From contig OX442314.1 of NCBI GenBank assembly GCA_949358305.1, positions 26,536,001 through 26,600,000 on the forward strand: a DNA stretch of 64,000 nt, written 5' to 3'. The stretch comes from Strigamia acuminata (taxonomy: Eukaryota). Below are positions 10,834 to 25,784 of the stretch, piece by piece. The notes under the pieces are model-generated. The model did not search any database, was not told the DNA's origin, and saw nothing but the letters and a program-made list of their open reading frames with translations. The translations under genes and the position numbers were made by a program. Numbering within the stretch: position 1 is the first letter of the stretch; the number at the start of each line of letters is the position of its first letter.

Positions 10834-13671
10834 TCAAGACCCAACAACAAAAGCATGCTCAATACCAGAGAGAGTACAATTAAAAATGTCAATATCACCC
10901 AAAAAGACATTAACGCTCCGTAATAAACGCCCAACAGGGGAGTAAGAGTTAGAAACAGAGAAAGTAACACGTGGGGTGCGCAACTCCCTCCCCACCCAAG
11001 GAACATTAAAGTGCAAGCAAGATAACAGACAGGGAGCCACGACCTTGCCACTGATCAAACGAAAAACGAAAATGCAGTCAAGAAGAATCATATGGGAACC
11101 AACAGAACGCAAACCCAAAGCCACGAGCACCTCCGAATAAGAATAATTAAATAGGTGATAAAAATATCTCCTATAAATCATCCAAGCAAAATTACGTTGC
11201 AGCCCCTCGAGACGGTTAAGCAGATAGACAGCACAGCCCCTCCAAACCAAAGACGAAAACAAAATACGAGAACGAACCAAAGAAATAAACAACAAGCGAA
11301 GCGGACCCGGAGACGTAAAAACAAAAGAGAGACGGAAGAGAATGCCCAAAACCCTCGTACACTCACCGACCAATCGATTAACATGATTTCTAAAGATAAA
11401 ACAATCATCGAAAGTCACACCCAGATCCCTTATCACCGAACGTCGTGGAATCAAAACACCACCCAACGTGTAGGGATGCAAAAGCTTCACAGCACGACGG
11501 GAGAAAGAAAGCACTACTGACTTGTTGACATTTAGGCTCATGCAGTTTGCATCAGTCCAACATTGTACTCTATTCAAATAACGCTGCAGATCCTCGCAAT
11601 CCCCAACAGTATCAATGCTGCGGCCCAACTTGGTATCATCCGCAAAGAACGAGTGGGACAGACCACGAAGAAAGTAGGATAAATCGTTGATAAACAGCTT
11701 GAACAACACAGGACCCAGAATAGAACCCTGTGGGACACCAGAATTAGTCACGTAACAACTTGACGTAGTAACCCCATTACACTTAAGAAAGTTATTCCTC
11801 CGACCTAAATAACTAGCAAACCACTTAATAAAACGCGGGGACAAACCGTAAAACTCCAGCTTGATCAACAGTAGATCGTGGCAAATTCGATCAAAAGCCT
11901 TCGCGAAATCCAAGTAGATGACATCAAATTGGCCCCTGGTATGAAAAGAGTCGAATACCTCATTATAAAAATTCAGGAGATTCAGCTCCACAGACTTCCC
12001 ACATGTAAAACCAAACTGGGCATCCGTAGTAAATCCATCTACCCACGAGCTCATCCTGGCAAGCACAGATAGTTCAAATAACTTAGCCAAACTACTCAAT
12101 AAAGAGATAGGTCTAAAATTGGATACGCTGGTGCGCTTACCGCTCTTGAAAACAGGGACCACCAACGCATCCTTCCAAGCAACCGGAAAAACCCCGCAAG
12201 AAAGCGACAGATTGAACAAATAAACCAGAGGAACCAATAACACCTCAATACATCCCTTAAGGATGAACGGCGGAAACCCGTCCAAACCACAGGCACCATG
12301 CGATCGGAGCTTCACCGATGCCGCTCGAACATCAATTCCAGACAAAGCCGGAATGTCCAGACGATCGGCAACAAAAGAATCACTGGAGCTTTTAATCCCC
12401 ATCTCAGAGTCCAGATACTCATTTACCGCAGCAGTATTGTGATAGCCCGATACAATCGACCCAAAATGATGACAAAAGAGTCTTCCCAAATCCGCGGACT
12501 CAGCGGTCAAAACCCCTCCATCGTCCAGGACAATGTCCGAATGGGCAACACGATACCTGGGCTTTACAAATCGCCAAAAGTTCCTAGGATTATAGCGGAC
12601 AGAATCCGCAATCACCCCAAAGTACGCCTCACGATCCCTCCTCATCTGAACCTTAGCACCCCTGCGACACTCCGCAAATCTAAGATAGTCACATCCACGA
12701 CCATAACGCTTGAATTTCCGATGAAAAACACGCTTGTCCCTCAATAAAACCCTTAAGTCAAAGGAGAACCACGGGGGAAACTTAGAATCCATTCGAACCC
12801 TACGCGGAATATAACGACGAACCGCCTCCACAAGAACGTCAGACAACATCCCAACCCCAACATTAACATCAGAGCAGCTGAGAACACAAGACCAATCATA
12901 GCCCGCCAAAAAAGTATATAGAGAATGATAATCCCCAGCTCTAAAGCAAAGATAGTCACCTCTCGCAGCAGGGACACCAACAATAGACAGGCGAAACGCC
13001 AAAGGCGGATGATAATTGTCGGGAGAAACCAAGCAAGCATCAGCAAGAGAAACACACAGGTCGGAGCAGTTCGAAAAAATCAAATCCAACAAATCGCCAT
13101 GACAATTCAAAACTCGGTTAAATTGAGAGACCCCCACAAAACAAGAAAATTCATTTAAGGAAAGGGCCGAGGCTCGAACCACCGACAAGGCACGCCCAAG
13201 ATCAAATGGAATCCAAGAAATCCCCGGAAGATTAAAATCTCCAAGCAGAATAACATCCCCAGAAAAGGACGCCACGGACTCACGACACCGGTCCAAGCAG
13301 GCCTGCAGAACCAGAGTCGGAGTACGAGGAGGAATGTAACAACACCCAACCAAAATCCGTCTAGATCCACAACCCAACTCGACCCATAAGCTAAGATCAC
13401 CATACTCCAAATCAAAACGACGATAGGAGTTAATCGTGGAATTAACAGCACATAACAACCCACCACCACGGGTGAGGCCGGAATTAATGTCGCGATCATT
13501 ACGGAAAACCTTAAATTGACTAGTGAAATAATCGCCCTCATAAATCTCGTCATTAAACCAAGTTTCAGATAAACAGTAAACGTCAGCGCCAACCTCAGTA
13601 AGACCCATAACAAATTCGAGACACTTAGTTCTTAAACCACGCACATTCTGGTAAAAGCAACTCACAATCAT
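10834..13671 (-). CDS. LINE ORF2: AP endonuclease plus reverse transcriptase (945 aa)
   Basis: YQNVRGLRTK, LSETW, GDFN, DNYHPP; FRPISLL, LDFAKAFD, GVPQGSILGP, FADD. Confidence 0.96.
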   Translation of the reverse strand: MIVSCFYQNVRGLRTKCLEFVMGLTEVGADVYCLSETWFNDEIYEGDYFTSQFKVFRNDRDINSGLTRGGGLLCAVNSTINSYRRFDLEYGDLSLWVELGCGSRRILVGCCYIPPRTPTLVLQACLDRCRESVASFSGDVILLGDFNLPGISWIPFDLGRALSVVRASALSLNEFSCFVGVSQFNRVLNCHGDLLDLIFSNCSDLCVSLADACLVSPDNYHPPLAFRLSIVGVPAARGDYLCFRAGDYHSLYTFLAGYDWSCVLSCSDVNVGVGMLSDVLVEAVRRYIPRRVRMDSKFPPWFSFDLRVLLRDKRVFHRKFKRYGRGCDYLRFAECRRGAKVQMRRDREAYFGVIADSVRYNPRNFWRFVKPRYRVAHSDIVLDDGGVLTAESADLGRLFCHHFGSIVSGYHNTAAVNEYLDSEMGIKSSSDSFVADRLDIPALSGIDVRAASVKLRSHGACGLDGFPPFILKGCIEVLLVPLVYLFNLSLSCGVFPVAWKDALVVPVFKSGKRTSVSNFRPISLLSSLAKLFELSVLARMSSWVDGFTTDAQFGFTCGKSVELNLLNFYNEVFDSFHTRGQFDVIYLDFAKAFDRICHDLLLIKLEFYGLSPRFIKWFASYLGRRNNFLKCNGVTTSSCYVTNSGVPQGSILGPVLFKLFINDLSYFLRGLSHSFFADDTKLGRSIDTVGDCEDLQRYLNRVQCWTDANCMSLNVNKSVVLSFSRRAVKLLHPYTLGGVLIPRRSVIRDLGVTFDDCFIFRNHVNRLVGECTRVLGILFRLSFVFTSPGPLRLLFISLVRSRILFSSLVWRGCAVYLLNRLEGLQRNFAWMIYRRYFYHLFNYSYSEVLVALGLRSVGSHMILLDCIFVFRLISGKVVAPCLLSCLHFNVPWVGRELRTPRVTFSVSNSYSPVGRLLRSVNVFLGDIDIFNCTLSGIEHAFVVGS

Positions 13672-14120
13672 AAGTTACACCCTGTGACCACGCAACCCTC
13701 CATTGCGTCATACAAAATCCCCCAAAATCCTAAAATACCCCAAAATAGAATAACAAAATAATCCACATAATATAAATAAACAAAACAATTAGAAAAATAT
13801 AAGTAAACCAAATAATCAGCATAATAGAAATAAACAAACTCAACATAATATAAATAAACGAAATAATCAACGTAATATAAAGAACCCGCAAAATATAACC
13901 AAACAGATGAAATAATCAATACAAAATAAATAAATGAAATAATCAATCCAATCAAGATAAGTAAAATAATCAACATAAATAAAATCAATCGACGATAACA
14001 ATAATAATCACAATCACAAACTAAACAAAAATTTTTCCAAAAATTAAAACACTGATTCGAATACAACCACCAGGGTGCCCAAAACATCCATACTGATAAA
14101 AATTCACGATCAGGTCCCAT
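13668..14120 (-). CDS. Putative 150-aa hydrophobic inter-ORF protein of the LINE
   Basis: Its ATG overlaps the last 11 nt of ORF1 and its TGA overlaps the ORF2 ATG (ATGA). It has a long hydrophobic stretch and 10-aa repeats. Translation is unproven. Confidence 0.4.
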   Translation of the reverse strand: MGPDREFLSVWMFWAPWWLYSNQCFNFWKNFCLVCDCDYYCYRRLILFMLIILLILIGLIISFIYFVLIISSVWLYFAGSLYYVDYFVYLYYVEFVYFYYADYLVYLYFSNCFVYLYYVDYFVILFWGILGFWGILYDAMEGCVVTGCNL

Positions 14121-15288
14121 TCTTCAATTTGTCGGCGCCTACCTCCGTGCGCATCATTGAATCACCGTCAGCAGCAGCACTGCCGCGCAGAGCATCAAAA
14201 GGATTGTGCCCATCAGCAACCACCCCCAGTGGCAAAACTGTCGAATTGGCACCAGGGCCCTTGCTCTCTTTGACCACCCCCCAGGCGACATCAAGTCCCC
14301 CAATAGCAACTGACTCCCTGATCTGACCGGGATAGAGCCGGCCAAGAAACGGCGACACAAACACGTCCTTATCCCAAGAATCAGCACATATCACAGTTTC
14401 CAAACAGTCCGCTCGAACCCGCAGATGAAAAGAAGAATAAGAACCAAATTTCGTCACTAATTTGTGCACCACAATATCCCTGACCCTCGTGCTCTCCACA
14501 ATGTGGTCAGCGACATCCTTGGCCGACGTGTCCACATCCAGGCGCGAAACAAAAACCGTGCGCGTCGGACCAACAAAACTCCGACCAGCAGATGAAGCAT
14601 TATCCGCAACTTTAGCAATTTTAAGTTTACCAAAAACTCCCTTCCCGATGACAATAGTCTTCGCTCTCCTCTCCTTCACTGGCGAATCCGTACGCTGGCG
14701 CTTGGTCCCCGACATATTGGAATCAGTGGAAAAAGTACGAAGCCTCAGCGGTGGCAAATTATCCCCAGCAGGTGTATTAACACGGCCCTGCCGAAGCGTG
14801 TCGGAAAAAGAGGCCGGACCAGGCTTCCCAGCAATACACTCACTAACTCTCTGCAGGCCAACGTTCATTTCACCCCTGAAGGAGTTGCCTTCCCTGCGCA
14901 AAGCCATAACCTCATCCAACAGCTTCTGATGTCCGACCTTGAGCTCCTGCACAGACAATAATAAATTATCAAAAAGTTTCTTGTCCACTAGCACAATACC
15001 CGATTCATCCAAATACTTAATCAAGCCGGAGCAAGAAGTGGGAACACCAGACGTGAGAACAGCCGAACTCGACGACCGGGACACTGCGGTAGCGAGCGCT
15101 CCATCCTGGTATTTCAGTTTTACACAAGCATCACATTTGAAAGTAGGCTCAAACATTCCAATCTCCTCAGCACGGACCTTATAACATGCGGCATGGTGCT
15201 TAACCGCACAAACAGAACATCTCACTGCTGGCTGCTTCCCAAATACGGAGGCCTTGCACTTGTTGCACGGATCGAGAGGCGGCGACAT
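14110..15288 (-). CDS. LINE ORF1: N-terminal PHD finger, coiled coil, C-terminal RRM-like domain (392 aa)
   Basis: CNKC..CSVC..HAAC..CDAC (C4HC3 pattern); VFVSRLDVDTS..YSSFHLRV..SWDKDVFVSPF. Confidence 0.9.
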   Translation of the reverse strand: MSPPLDPCNKCKASVFGKQPAVRCSVCAVKHHAACYKVRAEEIGMFEPTFKCDACVKLKYQDGALATAVSRSSSSAVLTSGVPTSCSGLIKYLDESGIVLVDKKLFDNLLLSVQELKVGHQKLLDEVMALRREGNSFRGEMNVGLQRVSECIAGKPGPASFSDTLRQGRVNTPAGDNLPPLRLRTFSTDSNMSGTKRQRTDSPVKERRAKTIVIGKGVFGKLKIAKVADNASSAGRSFVGPTRTVFVSRLDVDTSAKDVADHIVESTRVRDIVVHKLVTKFGSYSSFHLRVRADCLETVICADSWDKDVFVSPFLGRLYPGQIRESVAIGGLDVAWGVVKESKGPGANSTVLPLGVVADGHNPFDALRGSAAADGDSMMRTEVGADKLKNGT

Positions 15289-15629
15289 TTTCGAGCACTC
15301 GCGCCAAGCAAGGCCGAGCGCTCAGGCCTAACAAAACACGGAAAACTGGGCACAGATAAGTAGAAACACACCTGCAGCGGTACTCCAACAATCCACGACA
15401 GTCACTGGTCCGAAGTATGCTAGAATTTACAGGAATGGCCCGCCAAATTGTTTAAAATTTGCACAAATAGGCCCCAAAATCGTAATCGTAATCGAGTTTC
15501 ATCATTCTTTGGAACACAATAATTACATTTTTTCGAATTGGTTTAATGTAGCGGGAATTGATTTTTTTAATTCTCTAGTGCAGACATGTGGCATTTATAC
15601 TGTCAGGGCGACAGAGAGTACACTGTACA

Positions 15630-20193
<4,564 letters not shown>

Positions 20194-20242
20194 TAATAAT
20201 AATAATAATAATAAACAATATATTATTATTATAATAATAATA

Positions 20243-22890
20243 ATTATTATTATTATTGTTTATTTTCCAAAAGAAGGGTGCCCCCCAACAGCCGAAGCCT
20301 ACAGGGGGGGGACACCCATCAAACCACCTAAACAACCATCGTCAATTACAAAAACAAAAAGAGATCAAAAAAAAAAAAAATCATAATTCAAAATAGAACA
20401 TCAAAAGAAACACAACAGCAAAAACAAAAAATCAAAATTAAAATTACATTAAATCAGCATCAAGACCCAACAACAAAAGCATGCTCAATACCAGAGAGAG
20501 TACAATTAAAAATGTCAATATCACCCAAAAAGACATTAACGCTCCGTAATAAACGCCCAACAGGGGAGTAAGAGTTAGAAACAGAGAAAGTAACACGTGG
20601 GGTGCGCAACTCCCTCCCCACCCAAGGAACATTAAAGTGCAAGCAAGATAACAGACAGGGAGCCACGACCTTGCCACTGATCAAACGAAAAACGAAAATG
20701 CAGTCAAGAAGAATCATATGGGAACCAACAGAACGCAAACCCAAAGCCACGAGCACCTCCGAATAAGAATAATTAAATAGGTGATAAAAATATCTCCTAT
20801 AAATCATCCAAGCAAAATTACGTTGCAGCCCCTCGAGACGGTTAAGCAGATAGACAGCACAGCCCCTCCAAACCAAAGACGAAAACAAAATACGAGAACG
20901 AACCAAAGAAATAAACAACAAGCGAAGCGGACCCGGAGACGTAAAAACAAAAGAGAGACGAAAGAGAATGCCCAAAACCCTCGTACACTCACCGACCAAT
21001 CGATTAACATGATTTCTAAAGATAAAACAATCATCGAAAGTCACACCCAGATCCCTTATCACCGAACGTCGTGGAATCAAAACACCACCCAACGTGTAGG
21101 GATGCAAAAGCTTCACAGCACGACGGGAGAAAGAAAGCACTACTGACTTGTTGACATTTAGGCTCATGCAGTTTGCATCAGTCCAACATTGTACTCTATT
21201 CAAATAACGCTGCAGATCCTCGCAATCCCCAACAGTATCAATGCTGTGGCCCAACTTGGTATCATCCGCAAAGAACGAGTGGGACAGACCACGAAGAAAG
21301 TAGGATAAATCGTTGATAAACAGCTTGAACAACACAGGACCCAGAATAGAACCCTGTGGGACACCAGAATTAGTCACGTAACAACTTGACGTAGTAACCC
21401 CATTACACTTAAGAAAGTTATTCCTCCGACCTAAATAACTAGCAAACCACTTAATAAAACGCGGGGACAAACCGTAAAACTCCAGCTTGATCAACAGTAG
21501 ATCGTGGCAAATTCGATCAAAAGCCTTCGCGAAATCCAAGTAGATGACATCAAATTGGCCCCTGGTATGAAAAGAGTCGAATACCTCATTATAAAAATTC
21601 AGGAGATTCAGCTCCACAGACTTCCCACATGTAAAACCAAACTGGGCATCCGTAGTAAATCCATCTACCCACGAGCTCATCCTGGCAAGCACAGATAGTT
21701 CAAATAACTTAGCCAAACTACTCAATAAAGAGATAGGTCTAAAATTGGATACGCTGGTGCGCTTACCGCTCTTGAAAACAGGGACCACCAACGCATCCTT
21801 CCAAGCAACCGGAAAAACCCCGCAAGAAAGCGACAGATTGAACAAATAAACCAGAGGAACCAATAACACCTCAATACATCCCTTAAGGATGAACGGCGGA
21901 AACCCGTCCAAACCACAGGCACCATGCGATCGGAGCTTCACCGATGCCGCTTGAACATCAATTCCAGACAAAGCCGGAATGTCCAGACGATCGGCAACAA
22001 AAGAATCACTGGAGCTTTTAATCCCCATCTCAGAGTCCAGATACTCATTTACCGCAGCAGTATTGTGATAGCCCGATACAATCGACCCAAAATGATGACA
22101 AAAGAGTCTTCCCAAATCCGCGGACTCAGCGGTCAAAACCCCTCCATCGTCCAGGACAATGTCCGAATGGGCAGCACGATACCTGGGCTTTACAAATCGC
22201 CAAAAGTTCCTAGGATTATAGCGGACAGAATCCGCAATCACCCCAAAGTACGCCTCACGATCCCTCCTCATCTGAACCTTAGCACCCCTGCGACACTCCG
22301 CAAATCTAAGATAGTCACATCCACGACCATAACGCTTGAATTTCCGATGAAAAACACGCTTGTCCCTCAATAAAACCCTTAAGTCAAAGGAGAACCACGG
22401 GGGAAACTTAGAATCCATTCGAACCCTACGCGGAATATAACGACGAACCGCCTCCACAAGAACGTCAGACAACATCCCAACCCCAACATTAACATCAGAG
22501 CAGCTGAGAACACAAGACCAATCATAGCCCGCCAAAAAAGTATATAGAGAATGATAATCCCCAGCTCTAAAGCAAAGATAGTCACCTCTCGCAGCAGGGA
22601 CACCAACAATAGACAGGCGAAACGCCAAAGGCGGATGATAATTGTCGGGAGAAACCAAGCAAGCATCAGCAAGAGAAACACACAGGTCGGAGCAGTTCGA
22701 AAAAATCAAATCCAACAAATCGCCATGACAATTCAAAACTCGGTTAAATTGAGAGACCCCCACAAAACAAGAAAATTCATTTAAGGAAAGGGCCGAGGCT
22801 CGAACCACCGACAAGGCACGCCCAAGATCAAATGGAATCCAAGAAATCCCCGGAAGATTAAAATCTCCAAGCAGAATAACATCCCCAGAA
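20243..22890 (-). mobile_element. 5'-truncated, near-identical second copy of the CR1 LINE, embedded in AAT repeats
   Basis: Matches about 10624-13264 with only scattered substitutions. It breaks off inside the endonuclease region at CCCCAGAA|TAATAAT. Confidence 0.95.
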
Positions 22891-22915
22891 TAATAATAAT
22901 AATAATAATAATAAT

Positions 22916-22946
<31 letters not shown>

Positions 22947-23007
22947 ATAATATTAATAATATTAATAATATTAATAATAATAATAATTATTATAATTATA
23001 ATTATTT
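22891..23007. repeat. Imperfect (TAA)n/(TTA)n tract with internal orientation switches
   Basis: Direct reading: TAA runs punctuated by AATATT, then ATT units. Confidence 0.9.
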
Positions 23008-23352
23008 AATGTTTGATTCCCAATAATGGGGGGTGCCCCACAACGGCGTGAGACTTCAATGCCAAAACAAAACAAGCAAGTTAGCCAATAAAGCAGCAAA
23101 CAAATACAGTTAATAAACTAAAAAAAAACAACATTACACATTAAACTAGGCAAAAATACATAGATCAAAAATCAAAATTTACTGCAAAAAAGATTAATAT
23201 AAATCATTTAATAGTGAACACTTTGATACAATCGGGAAACACCCCTCAACGTCTCCCAAACAGCAAACGCTAACATCCACCCTGCAGGTAAAAACTATTG
23301 CAGCTTTGCAGCATGCAACCCATAGGGAGTCGCTCATAACCTGGAACAAACA
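23008..23352 (-). mobile_element. 3' end of an older, related CR1-like LINE
   Basis: The minus strand translates to PMGCMLQSCNSFTCRVDV, similar to the ORF2 C-terminus PVGRLLRSVNVFLGDIDI. It also has a T-rich UTR, a GGGTGCCCC motif and an AAT-like tail. Confidence 0.65.
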
Positions 23353-23355
23353 TTA

Positions 23356-25030
23356 AGGGGTTTCATAAATGATGCGCTGAAAGCGCTGAAGTGATTGTTC
23401 CAATAATCACAATCGCTCTATTATTGAAGACCCACGCCAGGTTCAATTGATTATACTACTGTCACATGACTTCCGGTTATGTTATGTTATGTTTTGTTGT
23501 GACCTCGAATGTTATCACAACAAAAGTGAATCACAACGGTTGCCACGACGGGTCTTATCAAACAACTCTCTAAAAAATACTAATGAGGAGAAATATTAAT
23601 TATTTAATTAATATTCCTTCTCAAGACTAAATTGACTAATAAATCCAACTTATTAATAAAATACACTTTGTTTGCTTTAAATGAATGTTTACTATTTATT
23701 CAGGGAAAATTGGGTTAATTATACAAATAACTATCAATTATACAATACTAGCTCTAAAATAATAAAGAATGTTAGTAATAATGGAAATATTCAAAATAAT
23801 GCGCTCCTGCGACGTGGCTGGCTTGGCAACGTCGTACTTCTCCTTTTGTTGCAGACGGCAACCAAAACAACTCGCAAATGGCGAGAAGAGAGCCGAAATA
23901 TTCGGAGAAAACTGTGTTTTCACACCAAACTGACTCTACTCACTACTCTGCAAACTCCTCTCCGCGACGGCTGGCTATTCGGGTAATTTCTCCTCTCACG
24001 GGAAATTCCGTAAGCGGCTGGGTGTCGTTGTCACGTTCCGGCGACGTCTCGCAATTCGGGTTCTGTGGTGGTTCCGTAGGCTGCGGCGAAGTCGCTTCTC
24101 GTCCTCGTCTCCACACAGTAGAATTATTCCAAAGGTTCTGTGAAACACAGCATCCTAAGGAAAACTCTCTTCTTGATTAAACGCTCAAGGAGGCGCCCGC
24201 TTGTTAAGTACAAGGCTAAAACTCCCAACTTGATAACATCAAGATGGCTCCTAAAACTCTCTAAAATCTCAACTCAAGCTGGCTGCTTGAGCAAGACAAA
24301 TCTAGCTAAAGTATTCTCAATAGCAATATGAAACCTAGCTGCTTTTCCCTGGCAGCAAGGTGAATCCAAATATTCCTTTTGGTACAATAAATCCTAGTCA
24401 AATAATTACTTGGTTTGTGGAGCAATATGTGACAGGACTGACATGGGTGAAAAGGAGAGTTGAACTGAAGTTGTGGGAGCAGTTTTCCCACAATTCTTGG
24501 TAGAAATGCACCACAACTCCTTATAAGAAAGTAGATTGCTTCATAACTCCTTATAGGTAGGCAGGATACACATCCTGTGCAACATCCAGGGCTGGTTGTC
24601 ATGACAATCTAGGCAGCTGGTTCCAAGTGACTCAATGTTGTGCAATAGGATGTCAAATAATAAATAAATAAAGCAGTTTTTTATAGGAAATAAAATATAG
24701 TGACATTTATTCTTGGAATTACACTGATTATTTAAAACATCAAAGGAAAAACGTAATGATTTCTCTTATTTAAATAACGCAATTTTTCAGTTCACTAACT
24801 ACTTAAAACACTTTAAAACACACATAAAACATGATTAAAACTCCCTAGTGACCATCAGGCCACTAAAGTTTTAAGCATGAAAAGCTCCTTTTTCAGTGAT
24901 TATAAATAAGCGCTGAAACACTGAAGCGATTATTCATGTGATTGGCCCACGCAAGTCACATGATAATCGCTTCAGCAGAATAATCGTCATAATCGCTTCA
25001 GCGCCTTCAGCGCATCATTTATGAAACCCT
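23356..25030. mobile_element. Non-autonomous TIR element, PIF/Harbinger-like
   Basis: TIR GGGTTTCATAAATGATGCGCTGAA with its reverse complement at about 25006-25029. Flanks TTA/CTA suggest an imperfect 3-bp TSD. Confidence 0.65.
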
Positions 25031-25109
25031 CTATTGAGGGGCGACCCTAATGGACACTATCCTCCAGACATGTAAATTTTGTTGTGTGCCCTCATTCAAA
25101 CTATTTAAC

Positions 25110-25784
25110 AAATGTGGCGAAGAGAAAACATTTTAATGCAAGCATCAAGAACTAAATTATACGGTTGAAAAAGATGGTGTTTTGTAATAGGAAATTGCGA
25201 AAATTGTGGATTGTAGTGTAGGAACTGTGTCTTGAACACTAAAAAAGTTTAGGGATTTACATTGAATAAAAAGCGACGTGGAAGACTAAAAAACAAGTGC
25301 TTGCCAGACCGAAAGTTGAGACAAATATGCATGAAATCATAAATAAAGACATCAACTGAGATTACTGCTGCTTGGATTGATGCAGAAAATGTATCAGTAA
25401 GTACTCAAACCACTAGAAGACATCTGCGAGAAATTAGTTTTGAATCATGTAAGTTAAAAGTAACACCTTACCACACAACTAGAATGAGAAAGCAAAGACT
25501 TGAATGGTGCGAAATTCATAAAATATGGACGGTATAAACTAATGGTAAAATGTTATTTGGTCCGATGAATCTCGATTTTGCATTAGATTTGGTGATGGAG
25601 GTACGAAGGTGTGGAGCACAAAATCAGAAGAACTTCATCCGGAATGTATGAAAAAAATCAGTCAAATTTCCTTTGGGGATAATGATCTGGGGGTTGCTTT
25701 CGTGCTAATGGCATTAGTAAAATTTTGATTGAGGATGGTAATATTAATGCTGCAAAGTATGAAAACATGCATAAAACAAGACTA
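25110..25784 (+). pseudogene. Tc1-like transposase relic, 3' part missing
   Basis: QRLEWCEIHK, VIWSDESRF, IMIWG motifs with stops and frameshifts. Homologous to 58117-58354. Confidence 0.8.

Larger units (their letters stand above)
10624..15405 (-). mobile_element. Apparently full-length CR1-clade non-LTR retrotransposon with a short (AAT)n tail
   Basis: PHD-type ORF1, intact APE-RT ORF2, 3' UTR hairpin, and tail AATAAACAATAATAATAAT. The 5' boundary is approximate and no TSD was seen. Confidence 0.92.

Noticed and set aside
20460..22814. 784-aa ORF as a separate gene
   Set aside because: It is the 5'-truncated LINE ORF2 with a TTG pseudo-start and no promoter or ORF1.
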